64,000 nt of DNA from Amphiscolops sp. MND2022 (Eukaryota), in NCBI GenBank assembly GCA_964187785.1, contig OZ076409.1:53570001-53634000 (forward strand), given 5' to 3'. Positions within the stretch are counted from its first letter, which is position 1. Each line of letters begins with the position of its first letter. Under the pieces are notes generated by a model. The model was not told the DNA's origin and ran no database searches. It saw nothing but the letters and a program-made list of their open reading frames with translations. The position numbers and the translations under genes were made by a program. Positions 19,465 through 32,547 of the stretch are shown piece by piece.

Positions 19465-22400
19465 ACTTGCCACGACTCCAAAAAATTTGAAAAACTCCGA
19501 GTCAGACAGTATACAATCTCTGACCCCTCAAACAAAAACTACACCGAATAATATACAACACCTAACGAAACATCAGCAACCGACTAGCAGCAGCAGATGC
19601 GACTACACCTACCCTTTTAACCACTTTGAACGATATGTCTAATCGACTACAACAAGATACTCCCAGTATACTACCTATACCTCTCATAGACGACTATAAT
19701 CCCTTTTACCCTGAAACAGACTACGGTTTTAACCCTTATTGGGACACTCATTCCTACAATCAACACCATCTATATTTCTACCATAATTTTGATAAACAAA
19801 CACAAGACATAGAGCCGGATTCTTTTGAATCCGACCAAGCTGTTAATACGACCCTTGCCAATGCATGTGTTGACCCATGGCAACTCAAATGCCAATTCAC
19901 TCACTAACCAACGCTTCCTGAACCGGAGAACAAAATCCACCGTAGGGGACCTCAGATCGCCCTGGCTACAGCCGTTGCAGCGCGGTTTGTGAAAACCCTA
20001 ATTACCAAGACAAGGGAATCAGACTATGTCCCGCTGACAACCAATCTTGGCCCCACTTATAAATAACAAACGCTCTACTTTTCAATGAATTTTGGCGAAC
20101 TAACTTTAGGTGGCCTTGTAGACACGGGAGCACTAGTATCGCGCAATCCCAGAAGCTGATCTGGTTAAAAAACAATTATTAGCCCTTCAGTCTATTATAA
20201 AGAGGGCCCAGCACCTAACTTCCAATTCATGGTTGCTAAAAGGCAGCTGGAAACTCCGAAGAGCACAGTCGAGCTGACACTTGAAGTCGGCGACATAGAG
20301 TTCCACGAAACACTTATAGTCATGGAAAAACTTAGTTGTCCAATACTTAGTTTTTCTTCCCTCCAACGGAATAATACCATTTTGGACATGAGACAAGGTG
20401 TTCTAAATTTCCCCTGTTTCTTTATGCAGCTGAAAACGGTGGACCAATAGTACACCAAAGTCATGGAACCCATATGCATTAGGGAGAATGTCACCATCCC
20501 ACCTAATGATTGACATCTAGTCCTAATGGCCTCACAAAATTGAATGAAGACACTACAATTACTGGCATACTCCAACAGAGCAACACACCTACTGATGACG
20601 CGATATTGCTTTTTGCGCTGCTCTGGTCATTTTGACCAATGGTTAAGTACAATATCACCTGAACAATTTCACTTACAGCCCCTATACCCTCAAAATGGGT
20701 ACGGAAGTCTCAAGTATCACTGTCCTGACCTCGGAGCAGATGAAATCTGTCAAACCTGTAGATTCGGTGACCACGTGGCACCTATTGCAAGACAATCCTG
20801 AGAATGCTGCTCAATACGCAAGTAGCTTGATCGGATCCACAAAACCTAAGAACTTCAAAGAAAACTACTAATTTCCCACACCAGAAGACCCTGGGGACCC
20901 TCAGCATCACACACCAAACCAGAAACGGATTTTGTACGAGTTACGCAACCTTCAGGAACTTGTATCCACGCGAACTCAATACACAGGACAATCCTGAGTC
21001 AAGACAACAATTCCTGATCAATTTAGATTTGACGAACTCTATGCTACAGCAAACTAAAATTACTCGCTTAGAAGACCTATTAGTTGAATTTCATAATATC
21101 TTCGCCAGACATCGCTTTGACATTGGCATGAACGAATAATTCAAAGTGAAATTAACGCCAAAAGACGATTCTCCGGCGTACAATCACAGCTTATTGACTC
21201 TAATTAACCTCAAAGATAACTGCCTCGTAGAAATGACACTTATTCAACGTTATGGGATTATAACAACACTCCCGTTCTCCAAGTATGCAAGCCCTAAGCT
21301 CGCCCAAAAGAAACTGATTGGCAAACTGCGACTCTTAGTCGACCTGCGAAAAATCAACATCTTGATTTCGTGTGACTACATCAACAACAATCATCGTGAC
21401 AGATGCTGCCCTACATATGGCAGGCAAAAGCTCTTCTGCAAATTAGACTGTTCACAAGCCTACCACAGTTTACAAATGGGCGACCAACGGTCTATCGAAA
21501 TGATTGCATTTAACTTTGCTAGCAGAACAATTGCTTGTCGCAGATTAGCACAAGGCCTTAGTCGTGCCCTTTCAGCCTTTTCCAGTTTCATACGCGAATA
21601 TTTAGACAAAGTCACGAAAGCAGACCAGTGCGCGCAATATGTTGAGGGTATTGGTATAGCCGCTAATGATGCCGAACAACTCATCAACATCCTCAGGTCC
21701 ACAATAAAGTGTATTCGAAAAACTGCCTTGAAGCCCAAGATTCAAAAAAAGCCACTTTGGAGAAACGGAGATTGATTTTCAAGGAGGAACCAACAGTCCC
21801 GCTGGGGTGAATCCGCAGAGACTTAGGGTCCAAAATTTTCTGGAAAATACGATATTCTCGAAATCTAAGAAAGCCATGACACGCTACTTGGGATTGTTAA
21901 ACTACTATCGCAACTACATCCCAAGGCTGTCGGAGAAATTTGCGCCGTTTTTCAAAATGTTAACAAAAGACGAAAAAGTCCTGGTATCACCGGACCTGTT
22001 GGAACAATTCACCGAGATCAACAAGGCTCTTGATCGATGTTGTGAACTAGCACTCAAACGACAGCTACCGAACAAACAAGTAGCCATCATGACATACGCT
22101 AGCTTCTCGGCCGCAGGGTACGCAGTTCTCATCGGTGACGATCCGCTCGAAAAATATACTTCAACGAGGAAAGCCTTCGTACCAGTGGCTTAAGGATCCA
22201 ACAATTTTAGTCCTACCCAATTCAAAATGTCCGTATACACCAAAGAGTTCATTGCGATATTCTTTCATTCAAAAAAGTTGGGCATATGTTTTGGGGAACC
22301 CCGACACCTGTGATAATACTAACAGACAACAAATCCGTCACAAGATTCCTTCGAACAACAATAATTCCACCGACACTTTGGAATGGGAATGCTTGTGACT

Positions 22401-24420
22401 ACGTCAAATACTTCAGTTTCACTATTACGCGTGTTCCTGGCGAAGATAATATAGCAGCTGATTATCTATTTTGTCTTGAGATCTCACCAAAAGAAAAATT
22501 GATCCGCAGTAGATATCCGGGAAGACAGCCCAACAACACCGATTGAATTACACCTCCACTCGGCGGGAGTCTCTGAAGAGGAACAATTTCTCTATACGGA
22601 GGACGACGACGAGACTGTACAACAAACTTGGCACCGCAAGAAAGAACCTAGAGCTCACGCAACGAATCAAACACCGGAAATTTCATTTGAAATAATCGTC
22701 ACGCATACAAGCGATTATCAGAAACTTTCCACATTTCAAAAACTATCGAATGTCAATTCTCTAGCACTAGAGCAGAACAACGATACTTATTACGAAAATT
22801 ACGACTCAAAATAACAGAAGAAGACTACTCATAGACCAATCTCTTGCAGGATGATCGATATCATCATTACTGTTGCCAATTCGACCGACTGTCCGTCAGG
22901 GACGAACTTATAACCAGACAGTATTACGATGAAACCTGTTTTGTAAAATACAAACAGGTGCTGTTACCGAAACATCTAGTCACTGAACTACTTGCAATCC
23001 TACATGGAAAAGCTAATAAACATCCAGATTTTTCCAAAATGCTCTCAGACGTTCGACGAAAATACCACTATCCAGGAGTAGCAAAAATCGTTTAAAAAAG
23101 GGTTCGAGGTTGCGAAATCTGCATAAAAGACAAAAAGACCCCTAATTCGTCAATTACACCAGAATTGCTTAAATTACCGGAAAGGGACGTAAGGTCCTAA
23201 GGACGCGATGCAAAACGACCTCTTACCGAATTTACCCCCAGGCGGAGGATATGAAAAGGTAATTACCGCTATGAATGTTTTTTCAAGTCATCTTTTTGCA
23301 TACCCAGTTACCGACGCATCGGCCACAATTACGGCGAAGGTCATTTATGATACTTTGACAAAACATACCGTTTTGCCCACCACTTTCGTCACTGACGAAG
23401 GAACAGCCTCTACAACAAAGTTAATGGCCGAAATTGCTCAAAATCGGGGAATCCTTTTTAAATGTGCAACTACAAAGCATCGGCAAAATTTGTAAACTAG
23501 AACGCACTCATGCTAGTATTAGAGCGAATCTCAAAATGACCTCAGGGAACTACAGGCGTCAGTGGCATAAATACCTTCCAATAGTTGTATTAATTATAAT
23601 ACGACTTATCATGCCATCCTAGGCTGTGAATCATCTCTAATTTCTCAGGGACGAGTACCATACAAAATATTGGATCACAAATTGGGCCTTAATACTAACT
23701 CGAAGGTCCTTCCGACTACAGACTTCGCAGACGAATTCAAGCGATGAACGAAACCACGAAGAAAAACATCATGCAATCCTATTTCAAATACAAAGAATAC
23801 TAAGACCGAAAAGTCAAAGCGGCGCCTTGGCAACAGAATGACTATTGTTTAGTTTTACAGCTGATCATCAAGGGTCGAAAATTCCATTTCCGGAACATAG
23901 GTGGATTGGACCTTATATTGTGGACAAAGTGTTGCCCAATGAAAACCAATATAATCCAAAAGTTTTACTCCAATAAAACGCAAATCCTACACCGCATCAG
24001 ATTGCGTAAATATGAACCGAATAGTGTCTTACAAGATATTAGACCGGAAGGCAATCTGCAACCCGACGATGACATTATAATTCCGCAAGATGACCTCTAT
24101 GTCATCACATAGGAAACCAAGTTTGGAGAATTTCCCAATTCTTACCGAGAGGACACGATTCCAGCACGTCCAGATGGTATAGATACGTCTACAAATCTTA
24201 CGGATGATGCTAGCACCCACGAGAAATTTTTCACCGACGTGAACAATTGGTCCACCGGGCTACATGAAAATGAAGATCGTGTTCCGACTGAAATAACACC
24301 TTCAGACACCTCGTACGACGTCATAAATAATCAGGAGGGGCGATACTATCGTGTGCCCGAAGTATCAGACGTTGAAAGCCCTAGAGGAGTAAAATATAAC
24401 CTTCGACCTAACCCCCCAAC
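19455..24420 (+). pseudogene. Element B pol pseudogene (PR, RT, RH, IN)
   Basis: LVDTGA, LRLLVDLRKIN, KLDCSQAY, QYVEG (decayed YxDD), LTDNKSV, LERTHAS, WIGPY and KYNLRPNP, interrupted by many stops and frameshifts. Confidence 0.9.
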
Positions 24421-24589
24421 TTCTCTGATCAATCAGACACTAGCCAGATATATAAATTACTGTCCCCTGCTAACAAGTATTTTGACTGGGACTTCACTGA
24501 CTTCTAGACCAATAACCATAATCAAGATTAAAAAAAACAACAAATCAAAACGAAATAAATAGATATCAAAATTTACAGACGAAAATTGA

Positions 24590-27500
24590 ATTCCATCTCT
24601 GTTGCTCGCTTGGTTAAACAATTAAAGTTTACTAGACACCCCGCGCAACTATCTAGCACGTTCTGTCCAAGTTTCTTCCGACATCAGCTCACTACAACGT
24701 TTGTTACACTTGCAAGATGGGACACGGATTACTTAAGGGGATTTCCTGGAACCAAGCTGACTACCGGCTGCTCCAGTAGAGATTTTACGGCGTCCGGGGG
24801 AGCGAGAGTTGATGCTACTCCTGATCTGGTCACGTGCAGAATGGTAAAGGGAGTCCCATGGACTGTGGGTTTTGCCGAGCCCGGTTTTCCCAATAGTTAA
24901 CTCCAGATTGAGAAAGCGAGCGATAGAGGCATCTGAAGTAAGTGTATCCAATCTCCGAGCAACATTACCAAGATGTTATTGGATGGGCGCAACCACATCG
25001 AACATCGCACTAGCCAGATTGTCTGTCTTCACTGAGCCGAACTTGATTGCTGGAAAGATTAATCGGTGCTCGTGTAGACAGAGACAACTAAGACGGAAGA
25101 ATCTGGTCATTTACTGACGAGACTTCAAAGCTTCTTGACTAGAGATGAAAACAGTCGCATCTGAGATTGATGGTTTAGATTGCTGTAAGTCTGGGTGAAA
25201 GTGTCGGAGTTCATCAACGAACGAAAGATTTTCTCCCGTATAAATGGTCTGCTCCTCAGGCTCGAGCACTTCACTAAGTCGAAAAATGGAGAACAGCTGC
25301 ATAAAACAATTTGATGCTTGGTCCATCGGGTCCACCAACAATGTTTCCAAATCAAACAACCCCAGTTCTGTAACGATATCATTGATGAAACAGATGACCC
25401 TTTGTGAAGCGCCTAAGAGATATGCGACGTACCCGCGGGCTGAACGGCCAAACTCTTCTCGGACGTTCGCTGTGACTTCTTCAAGAGTCAAGATACGTTT
25501 TTCTCTTCACCAATCTCCCTTTCAGCTTTGCTTGCAACCAATGGCGAGGCGTGCTGCCAGCTGGGATCGGAAGAAGAAGCATTACGATACATAGGCCGCA
25601 CAAGAGGAAATTATCATTAGGTGTACACTGTATTTTCCGTTAAGCGAGAGCGAACCAAATTCAAATCAAACCGTGCCTTGTGTTCAACGTGGATTGTGAT
25701 CCACAGTGTAATCAGTTTTTTGGTACAAACCGTGAGTAACATTAAAATCAAACGATGCTTCTATTCGTGTGTGAAGTGGAAACCAGTCAAAGTACGTTTG
25801 TAGATTGTTTAAAGTAGTCGTTTACTGTATTTTGATCACTACGCGTAACGCCAAATCACAGAGTGTAAAGAGCAAAACTGAAAGAAAAACGCGTTTTTAT
25901 TGGCTGGTAATCGAAGTAGCAAGATCTTGCTAGTTCGTTGGGTCATATTTATTGTACTGAAGTCATCAACAATCAAGGCATTCGCATCAGGGACGCATAG
26001 TTGAAGAGTCCCTTGGTAATCGTTATCGGCAGGGAGACTACTTGGACGGATACACCTCCGGGCGAGCTTAAGCAGATACTGGCAGAGTTCCTTGTGCACA
26101 TGGAAACCCCTATCTCTTCGTGAATTGAGATTCAGAGTGAAACTGCTAGTGTCTAGAGAAAAGTCAATGATAACCGATGAGCGGAATTAGCCCAATGGTC
26201 ATATAAACACCATTTACAATCACGTACGAGCCGGTAGAACAGCTCCAAGTGACTAAGGAACAGATCGTCTTAAACATTTTACCCTTCCAAGTTTTGTGGT
26301 TGAAATTAGCAAAGATTAAAACCGGCCTGAACTTTAAGTACATTAGACCTCTTAGGCAGTATGAAATTACCTGTTTCCGTACGCCTTGCATTTCCTGACA
26401 GGAAGCGTATTTGCTGAGGTAATTGTGTACCTTCGTCCAATTGTCAGGAAGCTGGCACAGTGAGGGCAGTCGACAGATGTCCAAGTGACAAGTTCGAATG
26501 GCCTAGACAACTCAGGTGAAAGCAGGACCCAGTCCAGTTCCAAACTGCCATCGAGAGAGACGACCAGATAGTGTAACACGGAGAAGTGAAAACGACCAAA
26601 CAAGTTTTTGCTCTTCCTGTGCATAAACTGGGGCAGTCTGAGTTCTTCGGAACGTGGGGGACTTTGGAGTCCGAAGGGAATGTAAGGGCTCTGATCGATC
26701 AGCTGGACAGTCCGTGAACTACCTCCAGTACAGTTTATCAGTTTAGGTCTGGTAGAGAAGGCCCCATGACGAAAGAGATCAAACACACTTCAGCATCAGT
26801 CTGGCCTTGAACCCGCCCAGTCCGTTTGAGATACACCCTGCTGACTTGATCTCCCCGCAAATACCGGAAGAATGCAAGTAGATAGACCCTGTCATTGGCA
26901 AACTCGACTGAGTATTCATTGTTGGCGTTGACATGAGAACCGATGTCTTCGATGAGCTCATGGAACATGTGATGGAATAGTACCTAAATAAGTGACACTT
27001 CCAAGGGGGCACTCTAAGAATAAGGGGACCAAGTAGGACAACGAATGTATACCTACTGTCAAAGGTTTTTCCCCAGTTGAAGTCGGTAAACAAGGCTTGA
27101 TGGACAACGATAACACCGACATCGCTCGAATACGACTTCAGGACCTCGAGGTCGCCGTTAATGGGGAGAAATTTTCCAAGACCAGATAATTGCACCTGGA
27201 CCCTGTTGTCGGACGAGGAAGACATATAGTCCTTCCCAGGCAATTATTCGTCGTAGAACGGCAATTTCTGACCGATCTCCACCAACTCGGCTTTGATGGA
27301 ATTGGGAAGTTCGCGAGCTCTAAGTGATAGGGGGTCAGCAACCTACCGTCCTTCCTTCTAACTTGGTGTATCTTGGACTTGGTAACAGGATACACTTTAT
27401 AAAGATACTCATACCTGCATCGCTGGTCTTTCCGAAATGGTTTCTCTGTTGAGTGGTGGCGATAAATTTCTCTGGCCCCTTTCCATAAAAAGAGATGTTG

Positions 27501-29170
27501 GCCTTACAAATTTGGCACTAAAACTTGTAAGCTTTCCATCTTGGGTCCACCGGTTCAGAGAGGAAAGTGCGCGTCCACTCCATTCCTTTGAAGTATGCCT
27601 CCTTCATTATCTTACGACGACCGAGTTACTCTCCTTCTTGCACCAGAGAGATACTTCACCTTAGTGGCAGTAAAACGTCCGCGCTGGTTACGGGAAAGAC
27701 TGTCCTGGTCCTTCGGTGCTTCAGCTTTCAAGGAGGCAAGTGTCAGCTTCATAGGTGGCATTGTCGGACTGTTTGTACGTTTAGCTACAACAAGGATCAT
27801 CAGTAGCACTTGGAGGAGCAACGATTCTTTCTGCTGTTGGACCTTCAAAAGAGTACCCAACACTAGAGAAGTGGCCACCACTACGGATGGCTCCACTAGT
27901 GTCAGATGCCAGACTCCCGTGAATTGTCCAGATGCCTCACTCCCGCCTCTCCGGGCACATGGCCTTCCAGTCGTTGTAGGCAATAAAGTATGGCTAGCAG
28001 CAGTGCCCAAAATCATCTCACTTGCACGCTGAATGAGACTCTCTAGCATATCATAAGATGCCCTCGCAGTTTCGTCCGCTACTACTCTAAGCACGCTGCT
28101 GATCTTGTCCTCGGTGAATATAATGGTAGAGTCGCCTTTTGGGATACAATAGGGATCGATGCTTCAAAACTACTCCTTCATCGGGGCTCAGCTACTCGGT
28201 TGGAACACTGAATCTTTAGAAGGTCCTGGAGCCCTAATAGGAGTGAAAGTGCAACCAGAATCTTGTACATCAGGCTGTGGTCCTCGCGACTTCAAGTCCA
28301 GCACTTAAGCAATGGTGGAGCCGGTGGGATTAGTAGTTGAATCAACATCGGTTTCGAACCCAAATTCCAAACTGCTGCAGGCGACGACTCGGCCCTTTAG
28401 AAGGTTCGGATCGTCTTCATCAGGGATAGGCCTCAGTGAACTCTTGCTTGCAGTGATAGGGAGTCCCGAGGACCAAACGGCTGTATGTCATCTGTAGGAG
28501 AACATCCAACTCTGGGTCGTTTGGAGGCACTACGGACATGACCAGGAGTTTCGAAACGAGCAGTCTGAGGGCAAAGATCGAGGAAAGTCACTGTTGGGAA
28601 GGGTAATCTGTGAGACGCAGAGCTTTGTGGCACATTCAAGGCAGGAGTTACACATACTGGTTCTTTTTCATTTTCCCTCAGAAGAGCGCAGGAGGGTTCA
28701 CGTTCCAAACTTTTTTCACCCAGACTTCGCATCTTACGCGCACAATACGCCTGGATACTCTTCCCAGAACAACTATTGTCCGAAGCGAGTAATTTGATTA
28801 TTGCGTGCGAGTAATCTGGAGATTAAGGCCGTTGATACGCTGGGTCCTTCTCGGTGAGAGGGGTAGGAGATAATCCCCCTCTTCTTTCATGGACGGACGA
28901 TGTCCGTGAAGATCCGCCGTCAATTATTTCACTTGCTGAAAGCACTAATTCAGGTAGAATTGAGCCCAAGGTAAAATGCTGCGCTGGTGTTGAAGTACCT
29001 TCCTCCGTACTTGAACCAAATGTCTCTTTGACTGAATTAGGATTCAAGTTAGCTGGGGCATTGGCAGAATCACTGGTTTCTGACGACGCTCCGGTTGGTT
29101 GGACGTTTGATGCTATACCTAAATGGAAAGGGAAAAATTCGCGCGGTTCACTTTCTGCAAATGAGTTCAT
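24590..29170 (-). pseudogene. Element B antisense accessory gene, decayed homolog of the element C antisense gene
   Basis: Fragment 25111-25491 (REEFGRSARGYVAYLL...LGLFDLETLL...SFVDELR) aligns by eye to element C 41657-42589 (RRAFLRECQSYLLELL...LSCLSVDMLL...SLVVDLR). A Ser/Glu-rich N-terminal ORF starts at 29170. Confidence 0.7.
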
Positions 29171-29456
29171 CTTACCGCTTTTGGAAACGTTCCGGAAGTA
29201 AAGTTCAATTCATTCAACTCAGTCGAGACTTAGTCGAACATAAACCCTGATCAAATTTTGCTTAGACAAGCGTAAAGCACCAACTTGATGCTATTTCCAT
29301 GACGGGAAAGCAGAGTTTTCGCGTTCCAAATGTCGTACAGGAAACTCCCAGTCGATATATCTACTGCTTAAACAATTTGCCTCTACAGGGAGGCTATTGA
29401 CGAACTTCTCCAAGGACATTTACTTCTACGGCCGACTGGACTTCGTGTCAAGTATT

Positions 29457-29471
29457 GAGGGGGAAGAGGAA
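29457..29471 (+). other. Polypurine tract of element B
   Basis: gagggggaagaggaa, 15 consecutive purines followed immediately by TGTTG. Confidence 0.75.
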
Positions 29472-31917
29472 TGTTGGCGTGGATAAGGCTCAAGTTGTGC
29501 AACGGAATTCAAATAGTAAGATGATATGAACGTGGTAGACTGAATGTCAGACACAGAACAGTGAAATTTTGTTTCACCAACTCGACGTTGACTCATAAGA
29601 ATTACTTGATATCACGACGATTTGTCATGTATAACATGGAACAACTTCCAGACGTTTAATTACCCTGATTAAAAAGGATGTCGTGGTCTACATGTTAAGT
29701 TCTTTGACTACAATTACTTGTTGATTGTTTCACGGACCTTCCATCTGAGTTACCTAAAAATAATTCCTTTTTACAAAGAGTGGAACCTGCCAGTGAAATT
29801 CATGTGTTTTCTTTTTCTCATATCCTGGAAACTACAATTAGAATGGACATCTTTCATGTGATCTCATCATTTTTGTTCATTTTTCATCACACTTATTCAT
29901 TCATTTATCAACACAGTCTTATTGGTCAATTCAATGATTGTTGCCGCACGGACCGAAGGTCTTTGATGTAGGATTTATTTACTGACAATTAACTCCAGTT
30001 ACCACTTACAACAACAGTTCACAGCTTTCCAGAAATTATGTAAACATCTTGAGAGGCCCTTAAGAGCTTATCAAAATGAGGGTTAGCCTAACAATGGACT
30101 TAGGCAATGGAAAAGAAATCTACTTATATGGAATGTTTAGCAGAAATTTAGGAACGATCAGAAACTGTTTTCCCCGCCGGGAAATCCCCGCGAAAACGAG
30201 TAAGACCGCCGGGCCGAAGACCTTAGAATAATCATTCGATCAAACTTCAGCGGTAGAAGACAGTCAGTTATTAAACGTTCCAAAATTGCCCGAAAATTTT
30301 CCTACTTCGTTATAAAACGTTTATGTGACTGTTTGAAACTATAACAGAAATTATCTTGCGGAAATATTTTCATGTTGTATTTTCCTTTCACCACGCTGCT
30401 TGAGAGAAGCTTTCTAAAATCGGCGGCAATTTGAAGCCTTGACGTTCCACAGATCTCATTAAACAGCTTTTCGAATCTCTAAGACAGCTTATATATTATT
30501 AATTTCAGCGCCATTTTGATGCAATCGACTTCATTCATAACACATAAGTACATATTAAACTATGGTACCAAAAAGCTAAAGACACTTAATGTCAAACCTC
30601 AATTCACAAAAAAACCTGTACATAATCAAAAGCCACCAATAATTGCAGCAAAATCTCAAATTGCGATCTGAATTACCAGGTTAATTTTTGTTCTGAACTC
30701 ACACAAAAACTACAATAGTTAGTAGCTAACAGAAGTCCGCTGAACTTTGACTTTTTGCGAATTTATCATGCGATACTGCTGTTCTCAACAAAAGGTGTTT
30801 GAGAAAACTTCGTATTTTTGATTTAGATCTTTAGCTTTTGATTTTATCACTTTTTAAACACACCCTCCCGTACAACGCAAAGTGAACACAAAATGCAAGA
30901 TCTTCATTTTTTACTCTGAAAAATTTTGTTACGACTAAATTACAAGTGTCTTTTCCGTTTATTTTTAAGAAAGCATTTTAGATATTTTTTCCAGAAATGA
31001 AAGTCAAAGAACGCTGTCACGGCTACAAAAATGATCGAAGGAGGTTCTTTATTTAACCAGTAGTTTCGGAGATTTTGCTCAGTAGACTTCAAAACTTGGT
31101 CGAAGTACAATTAATTGTGATTTCACATTTTGATTCGATTTCAAACAAAAAACGCTCTGGTTTTGCATATCGAAACGAGTAACTTTTGCACTTGAGACTT
31201 TTTGTAAAACGAAAAATATTAAAAGATTTTGCGCTGTGAAAAGTTCTGTGAGCCAAATCGATTAGCCAATTATGAAGTGGTGATTACATTATTTGAGTGG
31301 TTCAGAAATCAAAGTTCATTACAACGTTATTTTTGTTGATTTTGTTGGTAAGGAAATGAGAAATATTTTCAATTTGAATTGCCTTCATGGAAACTGCAGT
31401 GCAAAGTTTACCACCAGAAGCTAACTGAACTTTCTGTATTTTTAAAACCAATACGCTGCACGCCAGCCTGCAGAATTTAAACGTTTAAACGTTTCAACTC
31501 TCGCAACTAAAGTGTAGCCTTTTCCCCTTGTACCCTTCAACTACTTTCAATTAAAACTTTTCAAAACGGCATGGTCTTTTTCCAAAGGCCATTGAGATTC
31601 TGTCAGAATTTCGAAGATAGAAAAAATTTGGATCCCTGGTTTTATGCATATGTTTTTTTTTTAAAAAAACAGCCTGCATACATCCATGCTGCATGTAAAA
31701 CGTTCTTATAGTTTCAACTGAGCTTTTCTCCAATTGGAATATGAATGGTTTTTATGAGTGTAAACAAATTTGATAATTTTAAACACCTTCAAACTACGAC
31801 GGAGCTCTATTGAGAACGTTTAGGCCCATATGTACACTTTAAAGAGTACGTATGAATTGATGCAAAATCAAAGAGCACTTACCGAGACGATAACAAATTC
31901 TGATAGTGAAGAAGATG

Positions 31918-32075
31918 ATATTCGCATTGCGTGTAGCTAACTCCAAGTGTAGCTAACTAATTCCGATGGTTCCCAGCGAGCGACCGAAATATGAATATAT
32001 ATTCATATTTTGGTCGCTCGCTGGGAACCATCGGAATTAGCTACACTTGGAGTTAGCTACACGCAATGCGAATAT
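31918..32075. repeat. Near-perfect spacerless palindrome (about 158 bp)
   Basis: atattcgcattgcgtgtagctaactcc...aatatatatt...ggagttagctacacgcaatgcgaatat, with one small indel and one mismatch. Confidence 0.9.
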
Positions 32076-32079
32076 TCTG

Positions 32080-32183
32080 CAATCGAAATTTTCTGAATTC
32101 GAAATTTGGCAATAGTCTCTGAAAGATTTGACATAAGTTGACATATACTATTGTCAAATTTCGAATTCAGAAAATTTCGATTG
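32080..32183. repeat. Inverted repeat with arms of about 37 bp (MITE-like hairpin)
   Basis: caatcgaaattttctgaattcgaaatttggcaatagt ... actattgtcaaatttcgaattcagaaaatttcgattg. Confidence 0.85.
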
Positions 32184-32547
32184 AACAATATTTTATTCTC
32201 AGTGTGCCGTAATAAAGCTCTACGGTATACACATTGTAAAATGAAGTGACTGACAGAAGTGAACAACTCTCCAAGCCGTGACATAAAAAGTAAACAGCAA
32301 CAAAGGTCTCTCTACAAAGTCCGCTTTCATTTTCAACAAAGCACCAGCAAAAAGCTTTTGAAATTTATTACTGCTTTGAAGAGAAATGTTTCTCAAAACA
32401 CCGCGACAACGCTCTTATACACAAACAAGGCCTGTTTTTATTAAACTTTTCAAGGTTTCCGAACCACTTTCTGAAAAGAAAAGTTAGCAAGAATGAACTT
32501 CTTTGATTTTTAATTTTCACTATAGTGAGAAATCACTATAGTGATAT

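Larger units (their letters stand above)
17382..29500 (+). mobile_element. Element B: decayed Ty3/gypsy LTR retrotransposon related to element C
   Basis: LTR end and PBS at gcgaca|tggtaacaggag (18374/18375). gag and pol fragments are clearly homologous to element C. PPT gagggggaagaggaa is followed by TGTTGG at 29472. Outer boundaries are uncertain. Confidence 0.85.

Noticed and set aside
29472..30300. A complete 3' LTR for element B
   Set aside because: It starts correctly after the PPT, but I could not align it to 17382-18374 or find its end.
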